NCBI GenBank assembly: GCA_032128115.1
Contig: JAQBHB010000036.1
Location: 1 to 64,000, forward strand
Direction of reading: 5' to 3'
Length of the DNA stretch: 64,000 nucleotides
Source: Deltaproteobacteria bacterium
Lineage (GTDB): Bacteria; Myxococcota_A; UBA9160; SMWR01
Shown: positions 33,687 to 43,524 of the stretch, in pieces
How the letters are laid out: each line of letters begins with the position of its first letter
Position numbering within the stretch: the stretch's first letter is position 1
Program-made: the position numbers and the translations under genes
The notes under the pieces: model-generated
Seen by the model: the letters and a program-made list of their open reading frames with translations, nothing else
What the model was told of the DNA's origin: nothing
The model's database searches: none

Positions 33687-35843
33687 TTACGAGCCGGGGG
33701 TCGCCGTCAACTCGAAGCTGCCGTGCTGCGGATCCTCGGAGACCACTCGAATGAATCCGGACTTCAGCAAGGTGGCCAGAACCGCGTCTCCGGTGAGCCG
33801 GATGGAGAATCCGGAGAGGACGAGATCGGGGTCGTCCGGGAACGGGGCCGGGACGTCGCCCAGCGCCGGAAAAGCGGTGGCGCTTCGGACGGGCAGGTCG
33901 GTCTGGACGCGCAGTCGCGCCGCGGGGTTGCCGCTGTCGATCGCCGCCCATCCGCGAAGGATCACGTCGGCGCTGTCTCCGATCCGGATGACCTGCTCGC
34001 GACGCACGAAGCCGCGCACGTCGAAACTGCCCGCGCGTGTGGCTTCGATCTGTACGCTGATCCGGGCGGGGTCGAAGGCGTCGATCGGCAACCACACCAC
34101 GTCGTTGTCCGTCAGGTACGGCTGGCGTCTCGGCGTCAGATTGATGAACAAGGTCCGATTGAACAGGTGTTCGAGGCGATCGGCTGGAAGATCCGGCAGC
34201 AGGGAGCGGAAGAACTCCAGCCGCGCTGCCAGCAGCGCGTGGGTCGCCGACTCGTATCCCCAACCGTTCAGCCAGGCGCCATAGGCGCCGTCGACTACCA
34301 ACCAGCCCCTGGGGTGATTCCGGGCCACGCGATCGAGTGTGGCGGTGATCGGGGTGGCGGGGCGATCGAAGATCGGCTTCGCCGACTGGATCGGATTGAA
34401 GCTGCCGAATCCAAGCAGGTTGGCGAGGGCCGCGCAGGCGAGCAGTGCCGCCGGCAGATGCTCGCGCAGTTTCACGCGGAGCGAGTAGACCACCCCCAGC
34501 GGCACGAGGATCAGCATTTCGTCGATCTGTGGCCGAAGCCGTGCGGGGGCCAGCAGATGCTCCGAGGCGAACCAGGCCGCGACCACGGCCAGCCCGGCGC
34601 CGAGCATGCGGCGGCCCGTGATCCGCAGCGGAGCCGCGACGAGGGCACGGAGAGTCCACAGGAACACCAGGAATCCGCAGGCAAACCACATCCGCGTGGC
34701 GGGAACGCGATGCCAGAGGAACGGGACGCCGAAGCTGCTGGGAAGGGGCACCAGGATCCAGACGGACGTGAGGAGGACTCCGATCCCGAGAACGCCCAGT
34801 TGCCAGCGCAGCCGGTCGTCGGCGTCCGCTGGTGCCGATAGGCGCCGTTTCAGTGTGCGACCGTCCAGGAAGAAGATCGACAGGAGGGGAAGATAGGTTC
34901 CGACCGTGGACGCCTCGCAGATGTTCCATCCCGTCAGGGATCGGAAGCCGGAGGTGACGAGAAACGGGAAGATCTGCGCCAGCCATTGAACTGCGACCAC
35001 CTCCTCCGCGCCCCCGCTGACCCGCATGCCGGGAAAGACCGTTCCGGCGACGCTGGGGATCACGTCGCGCAGGTAGAAGCCCACCAGCAGCGCCCCCAGG
35101 GCGGCCCCCAGTAGTGGCGGAATCAGGTGCGCCGGCCGCAACGCCTGGGGCCGAAACGCAGCAACGGTCACCAGCCCGGCGAAAGCGAGCGAGATCAGGG
35201 TTGGCGGGTAGAGGTGTGCGAACAGCCAGCCCGCGCTGACGTACAGGGCGAGCGCTGATTTCACCCAGGGCCGCTGTAACGACGTGAAGACCAGCAGCAG
35301 CCATGGAAAGCCCGCCAGCACGGGTCCGAGCGTGGTCCACCAGGTCTGTACGAAGCTGGTGAAGAAGAGCACCAGCGCGGCCAGGGCCGCCTGGTTCCGG
35401 TTCAGGGGAACGATCTGCAGCAGACGGTAGTAGCCCAGCAGGAAGAGCACGATGAAGAACGCGTGATAGAACGAGAACGCGTGGGCCGCCGGCGCCAGGT
35501 AGAACGGCCAGAAGAAGGGCTTGAAGACGAGGGACCAGTCGGCGAGTGGGAGCCCGTTCAGGTTGCGTAGATCCTCGGCGTAGATCGACGTCCGGTTGAA
35601 GCGCTCGAAGCCGTTGTTGACGGTCGCCTGGATCAGGGGCGTCCAGAGACTCCACTCGTCGCTGCGGATGTCGCGAGGCTGCCCGAGCACGAGTCCGGTT
35701 CCGGAAGCGCCGACGCGCTCGAAGACCTGTCCGTAGGAGGAGGGGGTCCAGGCCAGCGCGACGTACACCAGGGCGGCCATCAACACGACGAGCGTGAACG
35801 GATCCCGAGTCGATGCGGTGCGGAGGCTCCCCATCTTCGTCAT
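33687..35843 (-). CDS. Large polytopic membrane protein, probable GT-C-type transferase
   Basis: PRDIRSDEW acidic loop, YPP, T.FPG.R, many TM helices and a soluble C-terminal domain. Confidence 0.6.
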   Translation of the reverse strand: MTKMGSLRTASTRDPFTLVVLMAALVYVALAWTPSSYGQVFERVGASGTGLVLGQPRDIRSDEWSLWTPLIQATVNNGFERFNRTSIYAEDLRNLNGLPLADWSLVFKPFFWPFYLAPAAHAFSFYHAFFIVLFLLGYYRLLQIVPLNRNQAALAALVLFFTSFVQTWWTTLGPVLAGFPWLLLVFTSLQRPWVKSALALYVSAGWLFAHLYPPTLISLAFAGLVTVAAFRPQALRPAHLIPPLLGAALGALLVGFYLRDVIPSVAGTVFPGMRVSGGAEEVVAVQWLAQIFPFLVTSGFRSLTGWNICEASTVGTYLPLLSIFFLDGRTLKRRLSAPADADDRLRWQLGVLGIGVLLTSVWILVPLPSSFGVPFLWHRVPATRMWFACGFLVFLWTLRALVAAPLRITGRRMLGAGLAVVAAWFASEHLLAPARLRPQIDEMLILVPLGVVYSLRVKLREHLPAALLACAALANLLGFGSFNPIQSAKPIFDRPATPITATLDRVARNHPRGWLVVDGAYGAWLNGWGYESATHALLAARLEFFRSLLPDLPADRLEHLFNRTLFINLTPRRQPYLTDNDVVWLPIDAFDPARISVQIEATRAGSFDVRGFVRREQVIRIGDSADVILRGWAAIDSGNPAARLRVQTDLPVRSATAFPALGDVPAPFPDDPDLVLSGFSIRLTGDAVLATLLKSGFIRVVSEDPQHGSFELTATPGS

Positions 35844-35876
35844 CGGAGTGCATTCTACCCGGAAGGGAAGAGCCGA

Positions 35877-37064
35877 TCAGCGATCCGCGCCCAGGATCAG
35901 GCCGCTGGTGGGAACCCCGGTGCCGGCGGTGACCACCGTATGTTCCACGTCCTTCACCTGGTTCACGGCAGTACCCCGGACCTGGCGCACGGCTTCGCTG
36001 ATGCCGTTCATGCCGTGGATGTAGGCTTCGCCCAGCTGGCCGCCGTGGGTGTTGATGGGAAGCCGACCGCCCATCTCGATGTTGCCGTCCTTCACGAAGT
36101 CCTTGGCCTCGCCCTTCTTGCAGAAGCCGAACTCTTCCAGCTGGGACAGCACGAACGGCGTGAAGTGGTCGTAGATCGTGGCGGTCTGGATGTCGTCGGG
36201 GCCAAGGCCCGCCGTGGCATAGAGCTGCCGGGCCACGAGCCCCACCTCGGGCAGTCCGGTGATGTCGGCGCTGTAGAATCCCGTCATCATCTGCTGCTCG
36301 TTGCTTGCGCCCTGGGCAGCGGCCCGGATCACGGCGGGCGGCTGGCGCAGATCCCGCGCGCGCGAAAGGCTCGTCACCACCACTGCGACGGCACCGTCGC
36401 TCTCCTGGCAGCAGTCCAGCAGACGCAGGGGCGCCACGATCCAGCGCGAATTCTGGTGATCTTCCAGGCTGATCGGCTGCTGGTAGAACCACGCTTCCGG
36501 GTTGCTGGCCGCGTGCTTGCGCGCCGCCACCGACACGCGCCCGAAGTCCGCGGTGGTGGCCCCCGTCTCGTACAGGTAGCGCTGCCCCACCATCGCGACC
36601 CAGGAGGCCGGGGTGAGCAGCCCGTAGGGGGCGTACCAGCCGAAGTGGGCACTCTCGGTGGTGGGCATGGGGCGCCGACCCTGCACCCCCGTGCCGAAGC
36701 GCTGCATGGAGCGCTCGTTCATGGCGCGGTAGCACACCACCGTATTCGCAACCCCCGTGGCCACGGCCATGGCGGCCTGCAACACCGTGGCGCAGGCGGC
36801 GCCGCCGCCGTAGTGCACGCGGCTGAAGAACGTGAGATCCCCCCCGCCCAGGTAGCGATTGATCTCGATGGCGGGGTTGTTGTCCATGCTGAATGTGGCG
36901 TAGCCGTCCACATCCTTCGGCTCGAGTCCCGCGTCGGCAAGGGCGGTGCTCACCGCCTCGACAGCCAGGCGCAGCTCGCTGCGGCCCGAGTTCTTGGAGA
37001 ACTCGGTGGCGCCAATTCCGACGATGGCGGTGCGGTCGCGGAGGTCGCTGGCGTGCGCGCTCAT
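35877..37064 (-). CDS. ltp2: Ltp2-like steroid side-chain aldolase (SCP-x thiolase fold)
   Basis: GIGATEFSKNSGRSEL, HYGGG (no nucleophilic Cys), DCCQESDG, YDHFT, NTHGGQLGEAYIHG, GTGVPTS. Confidence 0.9.
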   Translation of the reverse strand: MSAHASDLRDRTAIVGIGATEFSKNSGRSELRLAVEAVSTALADAGLEPKDVDGYATFSMDNNPAIEINRYLGGGDLTFFSRVHYGGGAACATVLQAAMAVATGVANTVVCYRAMNERSMQRFGTGVQGRRPMPTTESAHFGWYAPYGLLTPASWVAMVGQRYLYETGATTADFGRVSVAARKHAASNPEAWFYQQPISLEDHQNSRWIVAPLRLLDCCQESDGAVAVVVTSLSRARDLRQPPAVIRAAAQGASNEQQMMTGFYSADITGLPEVGLVARQLYATAGLGPDDIQTATIYDHFTPFVLSQLEEFGFCKKGEAKDFVKDGNIEMGGRLPINTHGGQLGEAYIHGMNGISEAVRQVRGTAVNQVKDVEHTVVTAGTGVPTSGLILGADR

Positions 37065-37074
37065 CGCAGAAGGC

Positions 37075-37491
37075 TCATGCGGGCAGCGTCAGATCCACGG
37101 AGCCGGTCACGTGGTTGCCGAGTTGGTTGCGGCCCGCGATCTCCACGCTGACCCGTCCGTCCGCCTTCCCGACCACGCGGCCGCGCAGGGTCATGGTGTC
37201 GCCCGGGTAGTTGGGCGCGCCCAGGCGGATGTCCACCTTCTCGAGCCGCGCCTCGGGCCCGGCCCAGTCGGTCACGAACCGGCCCACGTAGCCGTTGGTC
37301 GTGAGGATGTTCATGAAGATGTCTTTCGAGCCGCGCTCGATGGCAAGGTCCCGGTCGTGGTGCACGTCCTGGTAGTCGCGCGATGCGATGGCCCCCGACA
37401 CGATCACCGTGGCCGTGAGCGGGAGCACCAACTCGGGCAGGGCGTCTCCCACCTGGATCTGGTCGTAGTGCAGGGTGGTGGGAGAGGTCAT
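37075..37491 (-). CDS. chsH1: MaoC-like hydratase subunit (ChsH1-like)
   Basis: ASRDYQDVHHD, DIFMNILTT. Confidence 0.85.
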   Translation of the reverse strand: MTSPTTLHYDQIQVGDALPELVLPLTATVIVSGAIASRDYQDVHHDRDLAIERGSKDIFMNILTTNGYVGRFVTDWAGPEARLEKVDIRLGAPNYPGDTMTLRGRVVGKADGRVSVEIAGRNQLGNHVTGSVDLTLPA

Positions 37492-38618
37492 CTCGGATCT
37501 CCAGGTGCCGCCAGGATCCGTCCCAGCACCTCGAGCTGCTCGCTGGCGCCGCCCAGGGTCATCGCCACCTGCTTGGCCCATAGGAAGTAGCGGTGGATGG
37601 GGTAGTCCACGTCGGCGCCGATACCCCCGTGCAGGTGCTGGGCGGCGTGCGCGACGCGTTCTCCGCCGCGACAGGCCCACCACCGGGCAGCCGCGATCTC
37701 GGCTGCGGCGGTGCGGCCCTCGGAAACGAGCCAGGCCGCCTGGTACAGGGTGGCGCGCATGGCTTCGACGTCGATGAAGGCGTCGGCCGCGCGAAGCAAG
37801 ACGCCCTGGAAGGTGGCGATGGGTCGGCCAAACTGCTTCCGCTGGGTCACGTACTCGGCGGTTCGCCGCAGGGCCTCTTCCGCGATCCCGAGCTGCACGG
37901 CCGAGAGCGCCAGCTGCGCTCGCTGCACGATCCATTCGACGATTTCGGCGCCGTTTGCCGCGTCGCCAAGTACCGCGTCGGCCTCCACACGCGCCTGGTT
38001 CATCTCGAGGCGACCGTGGGGCTCGCGGTTGGTGGTCTGCTGGCGCTCGAGCTTCACACCGGGGTTGCGCGGGTCGAGCAGGAACACGCCGCAGGTGTGC
38101 TCGCCGGTGCGGGCCGGCACCAGGATCAGGTCGGCGCGCGGGGCGGCCGGCACGCACTCCTTGATGCCGTCCAGGCGCCAGCCGTCGCCGTCGCGGGCGG
38201 CAATCACGCGCGGGAGCGCCGCCACGGATCCCGCCGCTTCGTGCAGGGCGGCGGTGGCGATGCGCTCGCCCCGGGCCAGCGCCGGGAGCCACGCCTCGCG
38301 CTGGGCCTGGCTGCCGAACTCGGCCAGGGGCAGCCCCCCGAGCACCAGGGTCGGGAGCAGCGGCACCGGGGCCAGGTGACGCCCCAGTTCTTCGAGCACC
38401 AGGCAGATCTCCACGATTCCGCAGCCGATGCCGCCGTCGGCTTCGGGCAGCGCCAGGCCCGGAAGGTTTGCCCGGGACAGCTCCTGCCAGACGTCGTCGT
38501 CGAACCACTCGCCGCTGCGTTCCAGCTCCCGCAGGCGTTCGTGGCTGACGCGGTCGGCGAAGATCTGCCGGGCCAGATCGCGAATGGCTTCCTGCTCTTC
38601 GCTGAAGGAGAAGTCCAT
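37488..38618 (-). CDS. Acyl-CoA dehydrogenase, heteromeric partner subunit (ChsE1/FadE28-like)
   Basis: MDFSFSEEQ, RKQFGRPIATFQ, HLHGGIG. Confidence 0.88.
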   Translation of the reverse strand: MDFSFSEEQEAIRDLARQIFADRVSHERLRELERSGEWFDDDVWQELSRANLPGLALPEADGGIGCGIVEICLVLEELGRHLAPVPLLPTLVLGGLPLAEFGSQAQREAWLPALARGERIATAALHEAAGSVAALPRVIAARDGDGWRLDGIKECVPAAPRADLILVPARTGEHTCGVFLLDPRNPGVKLERQQTTNREPHGRLEMNQARVEADAVLGDAANGAEIVEWIVQRAQLALSAVQLGIAEEALRRTAEYVTQRKQFGRPIATFQGVLLRAADAFIDVEAMRATLYQAAWLVSEGRTAAAEIAAARWWACRGGERVAHAAQHLHGGIGADVDYPIHRYFLWAKQVAMTLGGASEQLEVLGRILAAPGDPR

Positions 38619-38624
38619 GACGAC

Positions 38625-39572
38625 CTACGCCTCCGCCAGCTCGAACTGGAGCAGGGTGCGACCCTCCGCCACCGGATCGAAGCGGGCGCGCACGCACATG
38701 CCGATCTCGATCGTCTCCGGGTCGATGCCCACCAGGTTCGACACGATCCGCGTTCCCTCCTCGAGCTCCACCAGCACGATCGGGTTGGGGTCGGCGAAGG
38801 GCGGGATCTTCGGGTGGTGGGCAAGCACGAAGCTGTAGACCACACCGCGGCCACTCGACTCCAGTGCGTCCCACTCGAGCGATTGGCACTTCGGGCACAT
38901 GGGACCGGGCGGATGCCGGAGCGCGCCGCAGATGCAGCGCTGAATCAGGAGCACGCCCTTTTCGACGCCCTCCCAGAAGAAGGCGTTGTCGTGGGTGATG
39001 GAGGGCAGCGGGCGCGGTCTCGTGGTTGCGGCCTTTTCCACCGCGTCCAGCTTCTTCGCAGGCGGCCGGAACTTGAGGATCCGGAAGCGCATGGTCGCCA
39101 CTTCGTCCCCGTTCTGATCCCGATAGGTCATCAGCGTGGTGACGAAATGGCCCACGCCCAGAGCCGTCTTCTTCTCGTCGGAGATCGACTCGACCTCCTG
39201 GGTCACGCTGAGCGCGTCGCCGGGTCGCAGGTAGCGCAGGTACTCCTGGGTGCAGTTGGTCGCTACGACGGACGTGAAGCCCGCGTCGTCGAGCAGATGC
39301 ATCACGCCTGGGCGTCTGGAGCTGGGAGCCTCGAGCGGTTGCCTGGGACGCAGCCCGGGCATGTTCCAGGCCTGCAGCATGGTGGGCGGTGCCACGATGC
39401 CAGCGTGCACGGACCGGGCGGCGAAGGCGGGATCCGTGTAGACGGGATTGCGGTCGCCCATGGCGTCGCACCAGTGGCGGATCATGGGCAGGTTCACCGG
39501 GTCGCGCGCCGTCGAGGGCTCGCCGGTGCGCTTGCCCTCGAACTTCCGGAGCTGTTGGAGCAACTCGCTCAT
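38625..39572 (-). CDS. chsH2: MaoC + DUF35 (Zn ribbon/OB-fold) hydratase subunit (ChsH2-like)
   Basis: VNLPMIRHW, APPTMLQAW, VVATN; FWEG...QRC...HPP.PMCPKC, VELEEG. Confidence 0.88.
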   Translation of the reverse strand: MSELLQQLRKFEGKRTGEPSTARDPVNLPMIRHWCDAMGDRNPVYTDPAFAARSVHAGIVAPPTMLQAWNMPGLRPRQPLEAPSSRRPGVMHLLDDAGFTSVVATNCTQEYLRYLRPGDALSVTQEVESISDEKKTALGVGHFVTTLMTYRDQNGDEVATMRFRILKFRPPAKKLDAVEKAATTRPRPLPSITHDNAFFWEGVEKGVLLIQRCICGALRHPPGPMCPKCQSLEWDALESSGRGVVYSFVLAHHPKIPPFADPNPIVLVELEEGTRIVSNLVGIDPETIEIGMCVRARFDPVAEGRTLLQFELAEA

Positions 39573-40753
39573 TTGCGTCGCTCGCGGGGCAGCTTCAGAC
39601 CCAGGGTGGAGACGATTTCGCGCTGGATTTCGTTTACGCCGCCGCCGAAGGTGTTGATCTGGCAGCCGCGCCACTCGGCCTCCAGGCGTCCGCGCAGTAC
39701 CGCACCGGGCGAGCCGTCCACCACCGTGCCCACGATGCCCACTACATCGAGGAGCAGGCGGTAGACCTCGATCACGGTCTCGCTGCCGTAGATCTTGGCC
39801 GACGAGGCGTGGGCGGGATCGAGTCTTCCGTTGTCGAGTTCCCAGGCGAGCTTCCAGTTCATCACCTTGAGCGCCTCGAGCCGGGCGTAGCACTCGGCCA
39901 GGGCTGCCTGCACCCACGGCTTCTCGATCACCGGTGCTCCCGTATCGGACTCGACCTCTCGTGCCCAGGCCGCCACCTCTTCGAGGTTCTGCGAGGCCCC
40001 GCTGCCCATGGCCGCGAGTCCCATGCGCTCGTGGTTGAGCTGCAGGGTGATGAGCTCCCAACCGCCGTTCTCTTGTCCCACGAGCATGTCCACCGGGACC
40101 ACCACGTTGTCGTAGTACGACATGGACGTGGTGCCGCCGCCCACGGTGTGGATGGGCGAGCAGGAGAAGCCGGGCGATTTCGTGTCCACGATCAGGATCG
40201 AAATGCCCCGGTGCTTGGACGCATCCGGGTCGGTGCGACAGGCCAGCCAGATGTAGTCGGCGCTGCTGGCGCCGCTGGTGAAGATCTTGGTGCCGTTGAC
40301 CAGATAGTGGTCGCCTGCGAGGCGCGCCTCGGTCTTGAGCGATGCCAGGTCGGTGCCCGACTCGGGCTCCGTGTATCCAATGGCGAAGTGGATGGCGCCG
40401 GCCAGGATGCCTTTCAGGAAGCGCTGCTTCTGGGCCTCGGTCCCCCGCGCCATGAGCGCGGGCCCGACGGTGTTCAGCGTGACGAAGGGCAGGGGCGCCC
40501 CGGCGCGCCGCGTCTCTTCGAACCAGATCTGCTGTTCGATTCCCGTGCGGCCCTGGCCGCCGTACTCGACGGGCCAGCCCACGCCGAGCCAGCCGTCGCT
40601 GCCCATCTGTTTGACGATCTCGCGGGACGCGGGACTTCCTTCGCGGCCGCCGGCCGCGAGCCTCGACTGCACCTCGGGGGTGATGAGCTTCGCGTAGTAG
40701 TCGCGAAGCTCCTGGCGCAGGGCCTTCTGTCCGGGGGTGTGGTCGATGTACAT
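39569..40753 (-). CDS. Acyl-CoA dehydrogenase (ChsE2/FadE29-like)
   Basis: GWPVEYGG, IGYTEPESGTDLA, NGTKIFTS, LNHER, TFGGGVNEIQR. Confidence 0.9.
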   Translation of the reverse strand: MYIDHTPGQKALRQELRDYYAKLITPEVQSRLAAGGREGSPASREIVKQMGSDGWLGVGWPVEYGGQGRTGIEQQIWFEETRRAGAPLPFVTLNTVGPALMARGTEAQKQRFLKGILAGAIHFAIGYTEPESGTDLASLKTEARLAGDHYLVNGTKIFTSGASSADYIWLACRTDPDASKHRGISILIVDTKSPGFSCSPIHTVGGGTTSMSYYDNVVVPVDMLVGQENGGWELITLQLNHERMGLAAMGSGASQNLEEVAAWAREVESDTGAPVIEKPWVQAALAECYARLEALKVMNWKLAWELDNGRLDPAHASSAKIYGSETVIEVYRLLLDVVGIVGTVVDGSPGAVLRGRLEAEWRGCQINTFGGGVNEIQREIVSTLGLKLPRERRK

Positions 40754-40903
40754 GGATTCGCGGCCGATATCTTACCCGAAAGAGACCCATTTTTGCGAAG
40801 GTCACGCACCGCGCTCGGGATCACCCTGGGCGGCTTCGCAGTGGGGTCTGCCCGGCCGCTTCTCGACACTCTGGCTGCGCCTGGCCCCTGCTAGAGTTCG
40901 AAG

Positions 40904-41632
40904 GTGAGCGGCAATCTGGTCTTCATCACGGGCGCCTCCAGCGGAATCGGCCTCGCCCTGGCGCGCGCCGTGCCATTCGACGAGGCCCACATCTACGACA
41001 TCAGCCGCCGCGGATCGGACGATTTCGACCACGTGGCCGCCGACCTCTCGAACCCGGAGTCCTGGGACGTCCTGGGTGACTTCTTCGCGAAGCAGCTGCA
41101 GGACTACGACGGCGATCGCGTGGTGTTCATCCAGTGCGCTGGCACCCTGGACCCCATGGGTTTCTCCGGCGAGGTGAACGGCGAGGCCTACAAGAAGGCC
41201 GTGTTGCTCAACAGCGCCGCGCCCCAGGTGCTTGGCGATGCGTTCCTGGACGCCACCCAACGCACCCGCGCCCGCTGCACCCTGATCATGATCACCTCGG
41301 GCGCGGCCCAGTCGGTGTACGAGGGATGGTCGGCCTACGCCGCTGGCAAGGCAGCCATGGACCAGTGGGTGCGCACGGCGGGCGCCGAGCAGGCGATCCG
41401 CGGCGACCACTGCCGGATCTTCGCGGTGGCACCGGGCGTGGTGGAGACGGCCATGCAGGCCGAGATCCGCAGGATGACGCCCGATCGCTTTCCCCAGGTG
41501 GCCCACTTCAAGGACCTCTTCGAGCACGGGGAGTTGCGTGACCCGGACACGGTGGCCCAGGAGATCTGGGCGTTGCTGGATCGCAAGCTACCGAACGGGG
41601 CCGTCGTAGATCTTCGCGAGATCCGTGCCTGA
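40904..41632 (+). CDS. Short-chain dehydrogenase/reductase (benzil/sepiapterin reductase-like)
   Basis: TGASSGIG, TSGAA, YAAGK, PGVVETAMQ. Confidence 0.9.
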   Translation: MSGNLVFITGASSGIGLALARAVPFDEAHIYDISRRGSDDFDHVAADLSNPESWDVLGDFFAKQLQDYDGDRVVFIQCAGTLDPMGFSGEVNGEAYKKAVLLNSAAPQVLGDAFLDATQRTRARCTLIMITSGAAQSVYEGWSAYAAGKAAMDQWVRTAGAEQAIRGDHCRIFAVAPGVVETAMQAEIRRMTPDRFPQVAHFKDLFEHGELRDPDTVAQEIWALLDRKLPNGAVVDLREIRA

Positions 41633-43253
41633 TCCGGTGTCCGACTCGCATCTCTCGACCCTCGCGCGCGAGTCGACGATGGATCGCCTGGACCGGGAGC
41701 GCTTCGACTGCGTCGTGATCGGCGGCGGCATCTCGGGCGCGGGCATCGCGCGCGAGGCTTCGCTGCGCGGCCTTTCGGTGGCCGTGCTCGAGGCCGAAGA
41801 CTTCGCGTCGGGCACCTCGAGCCGCTCCTCCAAGCTGATACACGGGGGCCTGCGCTATCTGGCCATGGGCGACGTGGCGCTGGTGCGAAAGACCGCCCTC
41901 GAGCGCAAGCAGATCTTCCGCCTGGCTCCGCACCTGGCCGTGCGCCGCTGGATGGTGATCCCCACGCGTTCGGTCGCCGGCATGCTGAAGATGCGCGTCG
42001 CCATCACCACCTACGAGAAGCTCGGCGCCGTCGAATCCGAAGACCTGCACCGGAACTGGTCGCGGGCGGATCTCGAGCGCGAAGAGCCCCTGATCTCCCG
42101 TTCCGAATTCAAGCAGGCCTCGGTCTACCGCGAGTACCTGACCGACGATGCCCACCTGGTGCTGGCCAACCTGCGTTCGGCCGCGAGCCTGGGCGCCGCG
42201 GCCCTGAACCACGCGCGGGTGGACACCCTCATCCGCGAGGGGGAGCGGGCCGCCGGGGTCGAGGCCGTGTGTCGCTTCACGGGCCGGCGCGTGCGCGTGC
42301 GCGCCCGCGCGGTGGTGAACGCCGCGGGGCCGTGGGTCGAAGCCGTGCGGCGTCTGGAAGACGCAGCGGCCCCGCCGCTGCTGCATCTGTCGAAGGGCGT
42401 GCACGTGGTGGTGCCCGCGGAACGCCTGCCCGTGCGCGAGATGCTGATCCTGAACGCAGCCGGCGGGCGCACGATCTTCGTGATCCGCCAGGGCGCGGTG
42501 ACGTACCTGGGCACCACCGACACCACCTACGAACCGGGGCACGAGGTGTGGCCCCAGATCACCGGCGAAGACGTGGACTATCTGCTGGAGCCCACGCGCC
42601 GGTACCTGACGGTTGCGCCCCTGCAGCGCCACGACATCGTGGCCGCCTGGGCGGGGCTGCGGCCGCTCATCGCCCAGCCGGGGAAGTCTCCCCAGGAGAT
42701 CTCGCGACGCGACGAGGTGCTGGTGGGACCCGCGCGGGTGGTGACGATCGCCGGCGGCAAGCTCACGGGCTACCGGCCCATGGCCAGCGAGACCGTGGAC
42801 AAGGCCGTGAAGGTCTGTGAGCTCAACGCGGCGCCGCGGCCCGCCGAGGAGCCGCCGCTTCCGGGCGGCGATTTCGACGGGGCGCTGCCCCCGTTGGAGT
42901 CGAGTCTCACGAAGCTTGGCGTGCCCCCCGCGTGCGCGGCGCGCATGGTGCGCCTCTACGGCACCGAGGCCCTGGAGATCGCCAAGCGCGACACCACACC
43001 GCTCGTGGCTGGCGCCGCGGTTCTTTCCTCCGAGGTCGACTGGGCGGTGCAGGCCGAAGCCGCCGCAACCCTGGAAGACGTGATCTACCGGCGACTGCGC
43101 GTCGCCTACTACGTGCCCGACGCCCGGGAAGCGGCCCTCGAGCCTGTGGCGGAGCGGATGGCCCGATTGCTCGGCTGGAGCGACGTGCGCAAGCGCCACG
43201 AGATCGCCCACACCCACGCCCGCCTGGCCGCCGATCTGGACTTTCGCGACTGA
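41625..43253 (+). CDS. glpD: FAD-dependent glycerol-3-phosphate dehydrogenase
   Basis: IGGGISG, DFASGTSSRSSKLIHGGLRYL, NAAGPW, GTTD, AGLRPL, GGKLTGYR. Confidence 0.9.
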   Translation: MPDPVSDSHLSTLARESTMDRLDRERFDCVVIGGGISGAGIAREASLRGLSVAVLEAEDFASGTSSRSSKLIHGGLRYLAMGDVALVRKTALERKQIFRLAPHLAVRRWMVIPTRSVAGMLKMRVAITTYEKLGAVESEDLHRNWSRADLEREEPLISRSEFKQASVYREYLTDDAHLVLANLRSAASLGAAALNHARVDTLIREGERAAGVEAVCRFTGRRVRVRARAVVNAAGPWVEAVRRLEDAAAPPLLHLSKGVHVVVPAERLPVREMLILNAAGGRTIFVIRQGAVTYLGTTDTTYEPGHEVWPQITGEDVDYLLEPTRRYLTVAPLQRHDIVAAWAGLRPLIAQPGKSPQEISRRDEVLVGPARVVTIAGGKLTGYRPMASETVDKAVKVCELNAAPRPAEEPPLPGGDFDGALPPLESSLTKLGVPPACAARMVRLYGTEALEIAKRDTTPLVAGAAVLSSEVDWAVQAEAAATLEDVIYRRLRVAYYVPDAREAALEPVAERMARLLGWSDVRKRHEIAHTHARLAADLDFRD

Positions 43254-43437
43254 ATCGAAGTCTCGAACGAAATGATGCGTTTTTCACTCAGTGTGGATCG
43301 AGCCCCACCGTTGAATTGGGCAACGGAAAAAGAATTCCCCTTTCTGGACAAACCGATTCCCTCAGAAGCTGCACCCGAGCTCGTCGCTCTCTTCTCAAGC
43401 TGTTGAAAACAAAGGATTTGTTGAATCCACCGGAGTG

Positions 43438-43453
43438 CGGCACGAGATTTGCT
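43438..43453 (+). promoter_or_regulatory. Sigma-54 promoter of the PEP-CTERM gene
   Basis: CGGCACGAGATTTGCT; IHF-like site at 43396-43408. Confidence 0.78.
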
Positions 43454-43524
43454 TGACGAAGAAGTGCGATTTCTTGCGGGTGGCGCTGTTTCGCGCCCCG
43501 CGGGTCGTACTGGGAGGGGACCTC

